From NCBI GenBank assembly GCA_963796685.1, contig CAWCMR010000015.1, positions 1-64,000 of the forward strand: a DNA stretch of 64,000 nucleotides. The letters run 5' to 3'. Shown here piece after piece: positions 53,575-64,000 of this stretch (position 1 is the stretch's first letter; each line of letters opens with the position of its first letter). This DNA is from an uncultured delta proteobacterium. Lineage in GTDB: Bacteria; Myxococcota_A; Polyangia; Fen-1088. The translations under genes and the position numbers were made by a program. The notes under the pieces were generated by a model. It saw nothing but the letters and a program-made list of their open reading frames with translations, had not been told where the DNA came from and did not search any database.

Positions 53575-54687
53575 TTAGGCCGTGGAAGCCGAATTCACCG
53601 TCGCGGCATCCTGGTGCGGATTGAAAATCAGGTCTTCGCGTCCCTCGCCCTCGGGACAGTGGCCGAGCCACGAGGTCCAACCCAGCCGGGTGACCCGGTC
53701 GAGTCGGAAGGGCTGGCTGACCCGCTTGTCGAGGAACAGGCGCAGATCCCAGCTCAGCGAATCCCCCACGTAGTTGCGCACCAGCGCCTGCAGGCGTTTG
53801 AGGCGCGGGCTACCGGGCAGCATGCTCTGGAATTCACCCTCCTTGAGCGGCCCGAAGACCAGGCGGAACTTGGTCTGGCGCTGCCAGGCCCGCGCGCCCA
53901 AGATGGTGCTGAGGCCGAGCGCGCCGGCGAAGGCCGTGCGCGTGATGCGCCAGCGGGACTCGTTCTGCAAAGGTGTCCACTCGCCGACGAATTCCTCGAG
54001 CTCCGTGGGCAGGCCGAAGTATTCGGCGACCATGGCCTTGAGTCCCTCGGCGTTGCGTGTCTGGTTGGCCAGGCGACCCGCGAAGTAGAGCTTTGCGCTG
54101 TCGGGAAAGGCATCGCGATCCCGCACCGCGGGCGAACCGATGCCGAGCAGGGATCCCACATAGGTCATGAAGCGATCGGTGCTCGGCCGATCGCGGCTGA
54201 CCGTGGGTTGGGCGTTGGCCCAGGCGCGGTAGAACAGGGTCAGGGTGCGGTGGTGGAAGATGTCGAGGAAGCGAATCAGGGTCGGATCGTTCGCGTTGCG
54301 TAGGCGGTCGCGCGCGTACTCGGTCAAGTGGATGGGCAGGGGACCGTTGGGGCCGAACATGCCCAGGAAGTAGACCCCGATGCGTGGCGGACGCCCTTCC
54401 TTGGCAGGTTCGACGTAGGAGAGGGTGGATGGCGCGAACGCCAGCGACGCCTCCTGCCCGAGTCGAATCGGCTCATCGCTCGGGCGGGTGGCTTGGCCCA
54501 GGCGCATGCGGTCGGGGCAGGCGCATTCGATGGCGCGCAGAAGGGCGAAGAAGTCGTACTTCTCCGGGTGCTTTTCGACCGCACGGACCAGTTCGTCGAA
54601 GCGATGGCCGTCGTCCGCGGGCCGCGGTGCCGGCGTCTCACCAGGGCCGGTCACAGGGCCGGTCGCCGGCCCAGCCTCGCTGGCCAT
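53575..54687 (-). CDS. tssG: TssG
   Basis: RLGQEASLAFAPS, FLGMFGPNGPLP, FLDIFHHR, FYRAW, LGWTSWLG. Confidence 0.94.
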   Translation of the reverse strand: MASEAGPATGPVTGPGETPAPRPADDGHRFDELVRAVEKHPEKYDFFALLRAIECACPDRMRLGQATRPSDEPIRLGQEASLAFAPSTLSYVEPAKEGRPPRIGVYFLGMFGPNGPLPIHLTEYARDRLRNANDPTLIRFLDIFHHRTLTLFYRAWANAQPTVSRDRPSTDRFMTYVGSLLGIGSPAVRDRDAFPDSAKLYFAGRLANQTRNAEGLKAMVAEYFGLPTELEEFVGEWTPLQNESRWRITRTAFAGALGLSTILGARAWQRQTKFRLVFGPLKEGEFQSMLPGSPRLKRLQALVRNYVGDSLSWDLRLFLDKRVSQPFRLDRVTRLGWTSWLGHCPEGEGREDLIFNPHQDAATVNSASTA

Positions 54688-56522
54688 CGCACGACCTCCT
54701 TGCGCTGAATGGTTCTGAGAACGGTTTCGCTGAACGAATTGATGGACACGTACTTGGCGAAGAAGCGTTCGAGCACCGAGCCGAGGAGAAACACCCCCAT
54801 GCCCTCGAAGGCGGTCTCGTCCAGGGTGAGCGTGACCTCGACGCCGCGGCCGAAGGCGACCGGCCCGACGACGGGCAACCGTCGGGTCACCGATTGGGAC
54901 GACACCGACTGCACGCCGTCGATCTGCTTGCGCACGATGGGCTCGCTGGCGTCGCCGTACAGCGAGAGGAGCTCGCGTAGCGCCGATGCACCGCCGCCGT
55001 TGGCGTCGTCGGTGATGGACAGGTAGTTGAGCGCCAGATGGCTGATGAGTCGCCAGGTCGGATCGCCATGCACGTGGGATGGTCGGGGAGACGTGGGGCC
55101 GGCGACGCAGCGGACCGCTTGAATGGGGGCGCCGGATTCGAGCACGAAGTCGCTGTTGCGCTGACCGACCGGGATGTGCAGGCTGAGGTCGCGGTTGGTG
55201 CACAGGGTGGCGACGGCGAGTTGCTTGAGCTGGGGCCGAATCGGGGCCTCGGTCGAGTCGACCAGGGAGAGAAAGACCTCGCTGCCCACGTAGCTCGAAC
55301 GCGCGCCCTGGCTGCGCTGCTTGGTGGAGAGCATGCGCGGCTCGCGGTGAACCGTGTAGTACGAGGACATGTCCTCGGCGGCGGTGCGGTCGTGCAAGGC
55401 ATAGAAGGGCAGGAACTCCTGCTTTTCCTCGCCGCTGGTGCCGTAACCCAGCACCTCGGTGACCTGAAAGACCTCGTAGTCCATGGGCCGCGTGCGGTCG
55501 GGAACCACGTGGTATTCGTACTCGCTCTCGCTGAGGTGGATGCGATCCGTGCGCTTGGGGAACAGGTTGATGGCCGGCGTGCAGTGCAGCTCGAACTGGG
55601 CAGGGCCCACGGCCTTCTCCAGGCGCGCGTCCTGGGCGTCGAGCACGATGACGATTTCCAGATCCGGCGTGGCGCAGCGGCGCACGGCCGTCTTGAGACC
55701 GACCAGGTTGGCGAACAGGAAGCGGCTGGGAAAGGCGAAGTATTCTTGCAGTAGGCGGTAGCCCTGGAACGAGCGAGGACCGTAGGGCAAGAGCGCCTGA
55801 TCGTCCTCGAATCCCAGCGGCCGGATGGGCTCGTCCAGGACCAGCTCGCTCCACGGCGCGCCTGGTCCGGCCGGTCGCACGACCAGGGCCACGGTGTGGG
55901 CCAGCAAGAGCTCGTAGATGCGCATGGCCACCTCGTCCCCCCCGCGCAGGTACAAAGGCAGCTGATCGAGGGCGATTTGGTCGAAGCTCAGTCCGGCCGA
56001 GGCGTGCAGACGCAGGCGCAGGGCCGACTTGGCCTTGCCGGGAATGCGCAGGGTGCCCAGATCCCCGAGAAACGACGTGTATTCCGCGCCCGCGATCTCC
56101 AGCGGCCACAGGGTGACATCGTGGGCGGTGCGGTACTCGCACGCGGTCTGCTCGCCCCGCCCAATCAAGCTCTTGAGCGCGGAGCCGCGGGGAACCTTGA
56201 ACCCGTCGGCGAGCGCGCCCTCGCTGAGGCTGGGCTGCAGCTGAACCACGGTCATCGACGGCGTGGGCGCGAGATAGTGCGGATACACCATGTGCAGCAG
56301 GTGCTGCGCGAAGCGGGGAAACTCGGCGTCGATCTTGAGCTGGACGCGGGCGGTGAGAAAGGCGAACGATTCCAGTAGCCGCTCGACGTAGGGATCGGAG
56401 CACTCCAGCGACTCGATGCCGAGCCGGCCAGCGATCTTGGGAAACTCTTTGGCGAACTCCTGTCCGGTTTCGCGGATGTACTGGAGCTCGCGGTTGTAGT
56501 AGTTGAGAAGGCGCGGATCCAT
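54651..56522 (-). CDS. tssF: TssF
   Basis: MDPRLLNYYNREL, DPYVERLLE, GYRLLQEYF, WRLISHLALNYLS, YVSINSF. Confidence 0.96.
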   Translation of the reverse strand: MDPRLLNYYNRELQYIRETGQEFAKEFPKIAGRLGIESLECSDPYVERLLESFAFLTARVQLKIDAEFPRFAQHLLHMVYPHYLAPTPSMTVVQLQPSLSEGALADGFKVPRGSALKSLIGRGEQTACEYRTAHDVTLWPLEIAGAEYTSFLGDLGTLRIPGKAKSALRLRLHASAGLSFDQIALDQLPLYLRGGDEVAMRIYELLLAHTVALVVRPAGPGAPWSELVLDEPIRPLGFEDDQALLPYGPRSFQGYRLLQEYFAFPSRFLFANLVGLKTAVRRCATPDLEIVIVLDAQDARLEKAVGPAQFELHCTPAINLFPKRTDRIHLSESEYEYHVVPDRTRPMDYEVFQVTEVLGYGTSGEEKQEFLPFYALHDRTAAEDMSSYYTVHREPRMLSTKQRSQGARSSYVGSEVFLSLVDSTEAPIRPQLKQLAVATLCTNRDLSLHIPVGQRNSDFVLESGAPIQAVRCVAGPTSPRPSHVHGDPTWRLISHLALNYLSITDDANGGGASALRELLSLYGDASEPIVRKQIDGVQSVSSQSVTRRLPVVGPVAFGRGVEVTLTLDETAFEGMGVFLLGSVLERFFAKYVSINSFSETVLRTIQRKEVVRWPARLGRRPAL

Positions 56523-57037
56523 CAGCCGCCTCCCTTTCCGCCCTGATCGATGACGTCGATGGTGCCGGTCTCGAGATCGACGGCCGTGCGCAGGAACAGG
56601 CGTAGGGGAAGGGGCTGCGCCCACAGCTCGGCCTCGATGTCGAAGGTCATCGAGTTGTGGTTCATCTGGCTGTCGTCCACGGCGAGCTTCACGCGCAAGC
56701 TGCGTGCGACGAGGCGCGGTTCGTAGTCCAGGATGACCTTGCGGATCGCCTGCTCGAGCGCGCCCGCTTCGACGGTGGAGCTGGTGCGACCGGCGAGGTC
56801 AGGGAGTCCGAAGTTGAGGACCGAGCGCGCCACCAGCGGGTAGTCGTCGAGGTCCTGCGTCGATCGGAGATGGGTGGTGTTCATCAGCCACACCAGATCG
56901 CGCCGCACGCACTCGCGCAGGCGGCTTGGCGACAAGACGCGCGCATCGCGGGATTCTTGTTTTCTCTCGGGATCGTTGTCGGTCAACCGGTCCAGGAGCG
57001 AGGGCTGGAGGCGATCCTTCTGTGTCAGATCAGCCAT
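56522..57037 (-). CDS. tssE: TssE
   Basis: LQPSLLDRL, DLVWLMNT, SVLNFGLPD, YEPRL. Confidence 0.94.
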   Translation of the reverse strand: MADLTQKDRLQPSLLDRLTDNDPERKQESRDARVLSPSRLRECVRRDLVWLMNTTHLRSTQDLDDYPLVARSVLNFGLPDLAGRTSSTVEAGALEQAIRKVILDYEPRLVARSLRVKLAVDDSQMNHNSMTFDIEAELWAQPLPLRLFLRTAVDLETGTIDVIDQGGKGGG

Positions 57038-57050
57038 GGTGCGAAGCCGG

Positions 57051-57893
57051 CTATCCGACCGGCTTGTCGACGACCTGCTCGGGGGACGGATCGAGCTCTA
57101 TCGAGCGGACTTCCAGGATGGGATAGTCCCCCTGATCGGTCGTGAACATGCGCTGTCCGAGGCCGGTGCTGGAGCCGTCCTTGCCGCCTTTGCCGCCTTT
57201 GCGTTCCTGCCAGTCGGTCTTGCGGGCCATGCGAATCGACGGGTCCGGGCTGGACTCCGAGCCGGGGTACCTCGTGGGGATGAGCGAGACGATCTCGCCG
57301 CCATTGACGAGGGTCAGGTAGGCGGGGATCCAGGCCAGATCGCGCAGGTCCGCCGGCTTCTCGATGCGAATCACGCGCAGGTTGCCGAAGGGGATCCAGT
57401 AGTACTTGCCGTCGATGATGGCTTCGAGCACGGGCCCGATGCGCACGTCTGCGTCGGCGATCCACGCGAATGGCTGCCCGTCGATCTTGCCCGACGATGC
57501 CGGCGCCTGATCGAAGGCCTGCGTGTGAAGGACCTCGGACTCGTCGGCTTTGCCCTGGGCGCCGAGAACGAGAGATTGCACGAGGAGCGCGGCCCATTGC
57601 GCGGGCTCGCCGAAGAGCAGGGGCGTACGTCTTCCCGCGAACACCTCGGCGCGCAGCTCTTCGCACTTCAAGGCGGTGCGGTAGGTTTGCACCATGGGCA
57701 AGGCTTTGCCGTCGAGGTCGCCCACCACGTTGAGCTGGGTCATGGCCCGGTCCCACTGGCCCATGATGGACATCAGCTGAAACAAGAGAACCCGGTGCTT
57801 GGGGTCGGCCGGTGCCTTGCGAATCGCGGCCTGCAGGGCGGCCAGCGCCTCCTCTAGCTTTCCTTGGCGAACATCTTCCTCGATGGTGCTCAT
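57051..57893 (-). CDS. tagJ: TagJ/ImpE (SciE)
   Basis: LFQL...GQWDRA, WIADADVRIGPVLE, YYWIPF, IPTRYP, GLGQRM. Confidence 0.92.
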   Translation of the reverse strand: MSTIEEDVRQGKLEEALAALQAAIRKAPADPKHRVLLFQLMSIMGQWDRAMTQLNVVGDLDGKALPMVQTYRTALKCEELRAEVFAGRRTPLLFGEPAQWAALLVQSLVLGAQGKADESEVLHTQAFDQAPASSGKIDGQPFAWIADADVRIGPVLEAIIDGKYYWIPFGNLRVIRIEKPADLRDLAWIPAYLTLVNGGEIVSLIPTRYPGSESSPDPSIRMARKTDWQERKGGKGGKDGSSTGLGQRMFTTDQGDYPILEVRSIELDPSPEQVVDKPVG

Positions 57894-57924
57894 GATGGGG
57901 ACTTACCTGCTTGGTGGAAAACTG

Positions 57925-57972
57925 GAGCCCATGGGCGCCCGGTGGACATGAACCTCGGGGCGCCCATGGCTC
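57925..57972 (-). terminator. Strong hairpin directly after hcp
   Basis: ccatgggcgccc ... gggcgcccatgg inverted repeat. No adjacent U-tract, so it may be an mRNA stabiliser or attenuator instead. Confidence 0.5.
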
Positions 57973-57979
57973 GGCCGCT

Positions 57980-58489
57980 TTAGGTGGAGAATTTCTTGGC
58001 GATATCGAAGTTGCCCGAAACCGTGGCGCCCTTGCCCTGGTTCGCGGTCTGCGAGGTGAAGTCGATCTTCACCGAGGCGAAGTTCAAGGTCACCGTTTCG
58101 GTGAATGAATCGTCGCCCCCGGCGGAGCCTCCTGAGGTCACCGAGGAGATTATGACGGTGCCCGACATGGTGATCTTGAGGTACTCGACCTGATTCCCCT
58201 TACCGCCACCGACCTTGAGGAAGGTCAGCACGGTCTCTCCAAAGTCGGTTCCGTTGAAACACTCTTGGAGCAACATCGGGGTGGAGAGATCCACGTACTT
58301 GGTGATGGTCAGGTCGTGAACGTCGGCCGAGCCGGCGCCCGCGCCCGTGGCGCGATGGGATGTTCCGGATTGGGTCAGACCCCAGTTCCATGCCAGCACG
58401 TCGATCTCACCCTCGTGCTTCGTGATCACGGATTCGCCCTTGAGATTCTTCTTGTCCGGGCCAAGCCTCAAACAAATACTTACCGCCAT
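57980..58489 (-). CDS. hcp: Hcp/TssD
   Basis: LKGES...HEGEIDVLAWNWG, DLTITKYVDLSTP, ETVTLNF. Confidence 0.93.
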   Translation of the reverse strand: MAVSICLRLGPDKKNLKGESVITKHEGEIDVLAWNWGLTQSGTSHRATGAGAGSADVHDLTITKYVDLSTPMLLQECFNGTDFGETVLTFLKVGGGKGNQVEYLKITMSGTVIISSVTSGGSAGGDDSFTETVTLNFASVKIDFTSQTANQGKGATVSGNFDIAKKFST

Positions 58490-58544
58490 TTTTCAACTCC
58501 TTGTTAATTACTGATTGATGGTTGCGATGGTGAAGGTTCGGGAT

Positions 58545-60043
58545 CTAGCCGCCGCCCTTGGCGGAAGGCAGCTTCGAGACGAGCCGCAGCGAAACGGTCA
58601 GCCCCTTCGAGCTGGTAGTGCGGCCGAAGGAAAAACTTGGAGTTGTAGTAGCCGGGGTTGCCCTCGATGTCCTCGACGATGACCTCGGCGCCCGCGAGCG
58701 GCTTGCGCGCCTTGGTCTCTTCGGTGGAGTGCGCCGGGTCGCCGTCGACGTAGTCGATGATCCAGTTCTGCAGCCAGCGCTGCATGTCCTCGGCTTCATT
58801 GAACGACCCGATCTTGTCGCGCACGATGCACTTCAGGTAGTGGGCGAAGCGGCAGGTGGCGAACAGGTAGGGCAGGCGCGCCGCCAGGGTCGCGTTGGCC
58901 GTGGCATCCGGATCGTCGTATTCGGCCGGCTTCTGCAGCGACTGGGCGCCGATGAAGGCGGCGAAGTCCGAGTTCTTCTTGTGGATGAGCGGCATGAAGC
59001 CGTTCTTGGCCAGCTCGGCCTCGCGCCGGTCGCTGATGGCGATCTCGGTCGGGCACTTCATGTCCACGCCGCCGTCGTCGGTCGGGAAGGTGTGCGTCGG
59101 CAGGCCTTCCACCGCGCCGCCGGACTCGACGCCGCGGATGCGCGAGCACCAGCCGTAGAGCTTGAACGAGCGGTTGATGTTGACGGCCATGGCGTAGGCG
59201 GCGTTGGCCCAGGTGTACTTGCTTGGCGTCCGGGCTCGCCGTGTCCTCCTCGAAGTCGAACTCCTCGACCGGGTTGGTCTTGGCGCCGTAGGGCAGACGC
59301 GCGAGGAAGCGCGGCATGGCCAGGCCGAGATAGCGGGCATCCTCCGACTCGCGCAGCGAGCGCCAGGCGGCGTACTCGGGCGTCGAGAAGATCTTGGTCA
59401 GGTCGCGCGGGTTGCCGAGCTCCTGCCACGATTCCATCTGGATCAGACCGTGGGCGATGCCGCCGCGATGAACGGCGCGTGCGCCGCGGCCGCGACCTTC
59501 GCCATCTCGCCCAGGAGCTCGACGTCCGGCGGGCTGTGGTCGAAGTAGTAGTCGCCGACCAGGCAGCCGAACGGCTCGCCGCCGAGCGTGCCGTACTCTT
59601 CCTCGTAGAGCTTCTTGAAGATCGGGCTCTGGTCCCAGGCCGCGCCCTTGTAGTGCTTGAGGGTCTTGTGCAGATCCTTCTTCGAGATGTTCATGACGCG
59701 GATCTTCAGCTTCTCGTCGGTTTCGGTGTTGTTGACCAGGTAGTGCAGGCCGCGCCAGGCGCTTTCCAGCTGCTGGAACTCGGCCGTGGTGCATGATCAG
59801 GTTGATCTGCTCGGTCAGCTTCTTGTCGATCTCGGCGATCATCGCCTTGATGGTTTGCACGACGTCGTTCGAGATGAGCTTGCTGCTGGCCAGCGCCTGC
59901 TGGGCCAGCGTCTTGACCGCGTTCTCGATCTCGGCCTTCGCTCCGTCGGTCTGGGGCTTGAACTCTTTGTTCAGCAGCGAGGCGAATTCGTTCACCTCGA
60001 TGGTTGCGGCGGCGGCTTCTGTGGCTTTTTGTGTCTCAGCCAT
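58545..60043 (-). CDS. tssC: TssC (VipB), several frameshifts
   Basis: IDKKLTEQIN, ESAWRGL, YEEEYGTLGGEP, MPRFLARLPYG, KCPTEIAISDRREAEL, LRLVSKLP, spread over three frames. Confidence 0.93.
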
Positions 60044-60058
60044 GGTTCTTCCTCACTG

Positions 60059-60582
60059 CTACTTGGCTTGGCCGGAACCTTCGTCCCCGGCGTCTGGTTT
60101 GGGCGCGGCGGCGAGAGCCTGCAGAAGCGCCGGATCCTTGAGCACGTTGGCGATCAGGTCCTCGGCGCCGGTGTACCGTCCATGTACGTCACCAGGTTCG
60201 CAAGCTGGTTGCGCGCCTCAAGCAGCTGGTTGAGCGCGCCCACCTTGCGTGCGATGGCCGCGGGCGAGAAGTCGTCCATGCTCTCGAAGGTGAGGTCGAC
60301 GCTGATGTTGCCTTCGCCGGTCAGCGTATTGGGCACCTGGAACGCGACGCGCGGCTTCATCGCCTTCAGCCGATCGTCGAAGTTGTCGACCGAAATCTCG
60401 AGGAACTTGCGATCGGCGACGGGAGCCAGGGGCTCTTTGGGGTTGCCCGAAAGGTCCGACATGACGCCCATGACGAAGGGCAGCTGGACCTTCTTCTCCG
60501 CGCCGTACAGCTCGACGTCGTATTCGATCTGGACGCGCGGTGCTCGGTTTCTTTGAATGAATTTCTGCGCACTGGTTGCCAT
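60059..60582 (-). CDS. tssB: TssB (VipA), frameshift near 60175
   Basis: QKFIQRNRAPRVQIEYDVE, LPFVMGV, FESMDDFSP, YMDG. The tail continues GAEDLIANVLKDP to TAG at 60059. Confidence 0.93.
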
Positions 60583-60611
60583 GGTGTCCACCTACCTCTG
60601 ATGTTTGAGAA

Positions 60612-61673
60612 CTAGCTGCTTTCCTTCTCGTCTTCGTCTTTCCCGCGCAGGTTTTCGACCTGTGAAAGACCATCGGATGCGAGGTCACGAACGATATCCA
60701 TAAAACTGGCCGAAACCAAGCGCTTGCTGCGCTTGATGAGCAGCGGAATAGGGCTGGAGGGTTCGGCTCGCTCGTAGTAGGAAACAATCTTGTCGAGGAC
60801 GCGGAGCACGTCCTCGCGGGTGTTGATCTCGCCGCTCATCGACATGCCGCCACCTTGTCCACCGCTCCCGGGGCCACCCGATCCATCGTCGGCGCCGCCG
60901 GCCTCGGCGGAGCCCTCGGCGACGACCCCCCGCCTGGCCAATCGCGCGATCAGAATCTTCTCGGCGGCGCGCAGGGTATCCGTCAGCTTCGCGAAATTGA
61001 CGCCGTTCGATGCGCCCACCTTTTCGCCCACGAAGGCCTCGATGGCGGCCAGCCTTTCCAGCGAGGCGCGCAGCGACTCTGCCGTCGCCTGCAGGTCCGG
61101 CACCGGACACTCGTTGAACGCACCGTCGATGGCGGAAGTCTTGGGCGCCTCCGCGCCGGAAGGCGGTGCAATTTCGCCCGAGGCAATGGCGAAGTCGCGC
61201 AGGCTGAACCGTCCGAAGGATTTCGAGGCGACCAACGGGATCACGCGAACACGGTCGATGAAGGTGGCCGAGTCGCAAAGGCCCATGAGAATGTTGACCC
61301 GGAACGTAGGGTCATTGTCGTCCTCGGGATCAAGCTTGGGATAGAAACCATCCCAGAAGGTCTCGACGAGGCCTCGCAGCACCGCGAGCCCATCGGCCAA
61401 CCCCGCGAGCCCTTCCGTGTTCAACAGGGCGCGGGCGAGTCGGATGGCGATGCGCAGATCTTTGGTCTTCGTCAGGAGGGCGAGCGCCCGGTTTCCGACC
61501 TCTTTCCAGTCGGGTTCTTGGGCTGGCACGATGGTGTCGCCCATCTGCTGTTCGGGCTTGCCCTGCGAAAGCCGATCGAGCTCGAGGAAAGACGGATCGT
61601 ATTCGAGGTCAGGACCGCACGCTGCATCGGCAGAGATCGGCTGAAGCAGCGACTCGAGATTTTGAATCGGCAT
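60612..61673 (-). CDS. tssA: TssA (ImpA-type)
   Basis: CGPDLEYDP, EPDW, TKDLR, EPSSPIPLL. Confidence 0.94.
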   Translation of the reverse strand: MPIQNLESLLQPISADAACGPDLEYDPSFLELDRLSQGKPEQQMGDTIVPAQEPDWKEVGNRALALLTKTKDLRIAIRLARALLNTEGLAGLADGLAVLRGLVETFWDGFYPKLDPEDDNDPTFRVNILMGLCDSATFIDRVRVIPLVASKSFGRFSLRDFAIASGEIAPPSGAEAPKTSAIDGAFNECPVPDLQATAESLRASLERLAAIEAFVGEKVGASNGVNFAKLTDTLRAAEKILIARLARRGVVAEGSAEAGGADDGSGGPGSGGQGGGMSMSGEINTREDVLRVLDKIVSYYERAEPSSPIPLLIKRSKRLVSASFMDIVRDLASDGLSQVENLRGKDEDEKESS

Positions 61674-61867
61674 ATTCTAGTTACCTGGTTGAAACAGCGT
61701 GCCATTAACCTTCGACTCGACGATCATGTCAAGTGGATTTCGGAGGGCCACGCATCCTTTCACCACAATTCCGACCAAGTGCCCGGGCGAGTCTGACACT
61801 GGGAGCGCGGTTTGGCGAACCGATGTTTTACGAACCGACGCGGTAGACTAGACGCGGCGAGTAAACC

Positions 61868-62971
61868 CTACTCTCCGTCGTCGTCTGGGGCCGCGTTCTC
61901 GTCGCCAAGGGCCACGCTGGCGTAGGCACTGGCGAACTCTTCGCCAAAGATCTCGGCATGCAGGGCGGCATCCTCGGCGAGCAAGTTGTTGAAGCTCTCC
62001 ACGTAGGCGCTCCATTTGGCCTTGGCCTTCGACCCCGACCACAGCCCCGCGCCCATCTTGAAATCCAGCACGTTGGGGTCGAGTCTGGCCAGCAGCACGC
62101 GAACGCTCTGTGAAATGCCTTCCATGAGCGCGACGTCGTGAATGCCCATGTCGGCGAACACGGCATTCAGGTCGCGGGCGCAGATTTCAGGATCGATCGA
62201 CGGATCCAGCAGGTACTCGACGATCTCCTGACTCGTGCGGGCGCGATGCAGGGGCGTGGTTCCGGACAGAGGACGCACGCCAACCTCGGAGCCGAACTGT
62301 TCGTAGCCCTTCTTGAGTCCCATGAAGGCGTCGCTGAACGCACCGATGATGCGCAGGCAGCGGATCAGGCGCTCGGTCGGCTGAGGGCTGCCCGGATCCG
62401 GAGCGGCCGGCTGCGACGGTGGTCGTGCCGGAGTTGGGGCTTGAACGAGGGGCGGGGAATACGATTGCGCGGAACCGGGTGCGTGGGTGGGCGGCCAAGG
62501 CGTTGGCGCGCGACCACCACCCACCGCCACGATCCGCGACGGGGAGCTGGGCGGGTGCGACGGCGCTTGCGGTGTCCCACCTGCCTGAATCACGTCGGTG
62601 CCACGGCCGGTCACGGAGATGGTCTCGACAGCGGAAGGCCTTTGCACGGTCGACGTCAGCATGCCGGGCACGCTTGGGGTGACGATGAGCTCGAACATCC
62701 AGATCGTGAAGCGCGTCGGCTGCAGGATGGGAATGGCGATGTTCTTTTGCAGCTTCTTGCCGTCGAGGCAAGTGCCGTTCGTCGATCCGAGATCGAAATA
62801 GTAGGTCCCCGTCTGGTCGAAGCGGATGATGCCGTGCCATCCCGAGACGAAGTTGCCCTCGAGGACCACGTTGTTGAGTGGGTTCCTGCCGATACGAACC
62901 GGCGATTGGTCGAATTCGTATGTCTTCTCGCTACCCGAGCGAGGATCCCGGAAGAGAATCTGGATGACCAT
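61868..62971 (-). CDS. tagH: FHA-domain TagH/Fha
   Basis: VRIGR...VSGWHG...DLGSTNGT, a Pro-rich linker and a C-terminal W..Y...FGEEFASAY. Confidence 0.82.
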   Translation of the reverse strand: MVIQILFRDPRSGSEKTYEFDQSPVRIGRNPLNNVVLEGNFVSGWHGIIRFDQTGTYYFDLGSTNGTCLDGKKLQKNIAIPILQPTRFTIWMFELIVTPSVPGMLTSTVQRPSAVETISVTGRGTDVIQAGGTPQAPSHPPSSPSRIVAVGGGRAPTPWPPTHAPGSAQSYSPPLVQAPTPARPPSQPAAPDPGSPQPTERLIRCLRIIGAFSDAFMGLKKGYEQFGSEVGVRPLSGTTPLHRARTSQEIVEYLLDPSIDPEICARDLNAVFADMGIHDVALMEGISQSVRVLLARLDPNVLDFKMGAGLWSGSKAKAKWSAYVESFNNLLAEDAALHAEIFGEEFASAYASVALGDENAAPDDDGE

Positions 62972-63061
62972 GATGGCGCCCTAACGCAGGTTTCAACCAT
63001 AGCGCAGTCCTGGAAAACGTGCGAAAGAACCGACGCTCGGCCGACCGTGGTTGCTCGAGAG

Positions 63062-64000
63062 CTATCCGGTCGAGCGTCTGCGGAGAAGCAGCCAGGCTGC
63101 CACCACGAAAAGCGGGACGGCACCGTAGACGAGGTAGAACCAGCGAGAGGAAACAGGCCGGATCTGCCCCTTGGCCAGCCGGATCATTCCGCGATCTTCA
63201 GGGGTCACGGAGGTGCGCGTGTCGACTTTCAGATCCGTGTTTCCCAGTCTGCTTCCGCGGGCGGTGATCGACAGGTAGATCGGATACTCGCCTTCCGGGA
63301 TGGTGGGATCTCGGGTCATGGTCAACACCATGTCCGCATTCTGCCCTGACAAGAGCTCGGGGACGGCAACGGGCGTGACATCGATACCGCATGCCGGGCT
63401 GCGCGCGCTGAGCACCAAGTCGCGGATGGGTTGGCTGGAAACATTGGTCAGCGTCACGGGCATCTGACCGATGATTCCTCGCAACCTGCCCAGCATCACG
63501 CTGTGAATCGACAGTCCGGCCGGCTCGAGGGTTTCGATGCCAGCCGTTTCCATCGCCGTCCGGCCCCTGGGCGTGCGGATGCGCAGGTCGGCCATGTGGT
63601 CGATCAACGCTTTCGCAACCATCCCGTGACGAGCGGTGTGAAGGGGCGTGAACCCTTTCGACGTCAGCGCGTTCACGTTCGCACCGGACGAGGCGAGCAC
63701 GTTCACCACCTTTTCGTTGGCCGCCAGATGGATCGGCATCAACCCGGAGGCGTTCAAGCTGTCGGTTCTGGCACCCCGCCTCACGAGCAGCCCTGCCATC
63801 TCCGGGTGCGCCAACATGGCGGCGAAATGGAGAGGAGTCATGTCGCCCTCGGCGCGGGCGTTCGGATCTGCACCGCGGTCGAGCAGCATGCTCGCGGCGT
63901 CGAGGTACCCCTTCATGGCGGCGAGGTGCAGCGGCGTCATGCCTCGTCCATCGCGAGCGTCGACCGACTCGCCGGCGTCGAGCCTCTGCCGGATGGTCGT
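63062..64000 (-). CDS. Ankyrin-repeat protein with Ig-like segment and C-terminal TM helix, 5' end outside the window
   Basis: TPLHLAA...GADPNA repeats and terminal WFYLVYGAVPLFVVAAWLLLRRR. Confidence 0.85.
   Translation of the reverse strand, partial: TTIRQRLDAGESVDARDGRGMTPLHLAAMKGYLDAASMLLDRGADPNARAEGDMTPLHFAAMLAHPEMAGLLVRRGARTDSLNASGLMPIHLAANEKVVNVLASSGANVNALTSKGFTPLHTARHGMVAKALIDHMADLRIRTPRGRTAMETAGIETLEPAGLSIHSVMLGRLRGIIGQMPVTLTNVSSQPIRDLVLSARSPACGIDVTPVAVPELLSGQNADMVLTMTRDPTIPEGEYPIYLSITARGSRLGNTDLKVDTRTSVTPEDRGMIRLAKGQIRPVSSRWFYLVYGAVPLFVVAAWLLLRRRSTG

Noticed and set aside
53575-56403. 942-aa ORF as a TssF-TssG fusion
   Set aside because: Its 5' part is an off-frame reading of tssF. 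TssG starts at the ATG at 54687.
58545-60582. Programmed frameshifting in tssB/tssC
   Set aside because: Multiple shifts without obvious slippery sites, and the same pattern occurs in unrelated genes.

Overview
High-GC bacterial window whose gene content points to a myxobacterium (Myxococcota, Polyangia-like; inference). It is dominated by a split type VI secretion system. A membrane-complex operon (tssJ-tssK-tssL-tssM-tagF, + strand, 4.8-11.8 kb) and a tail/baseplate operon (tagH-tssA-tssB-tssC-hcp-tagJ-tssE-tssF-tssG-clpV, - strand, 50.7-63 kb) face each other across about 39 kb of accessory DNA. That region holds two head-to-head vgrG paralogs and three DUF2169 genes plus a fragment. It also holds a DUF4150 PAAR-like tip module containing an unexpected MidA/NDUFAF7-like SAM methyltransferase-TPR gene, a thiolase-like/AHH-like nuclease/two-immunity cassette, and a duplicated, partly decayed array of mini-spike plus membrane-protein cassettes. 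An amidase-M23 fusion, FHA proteins, a Ser/Thr kinase-PEGA-lipoprotein cluster and a yefM-yoeB pair between direct repeats complete it. Many genes carry small indels, most likely long-read sequencing errors. No rRNA, tRNA or CRISPR array was seen. All family calls come from motif recognition by eye, not database searches.
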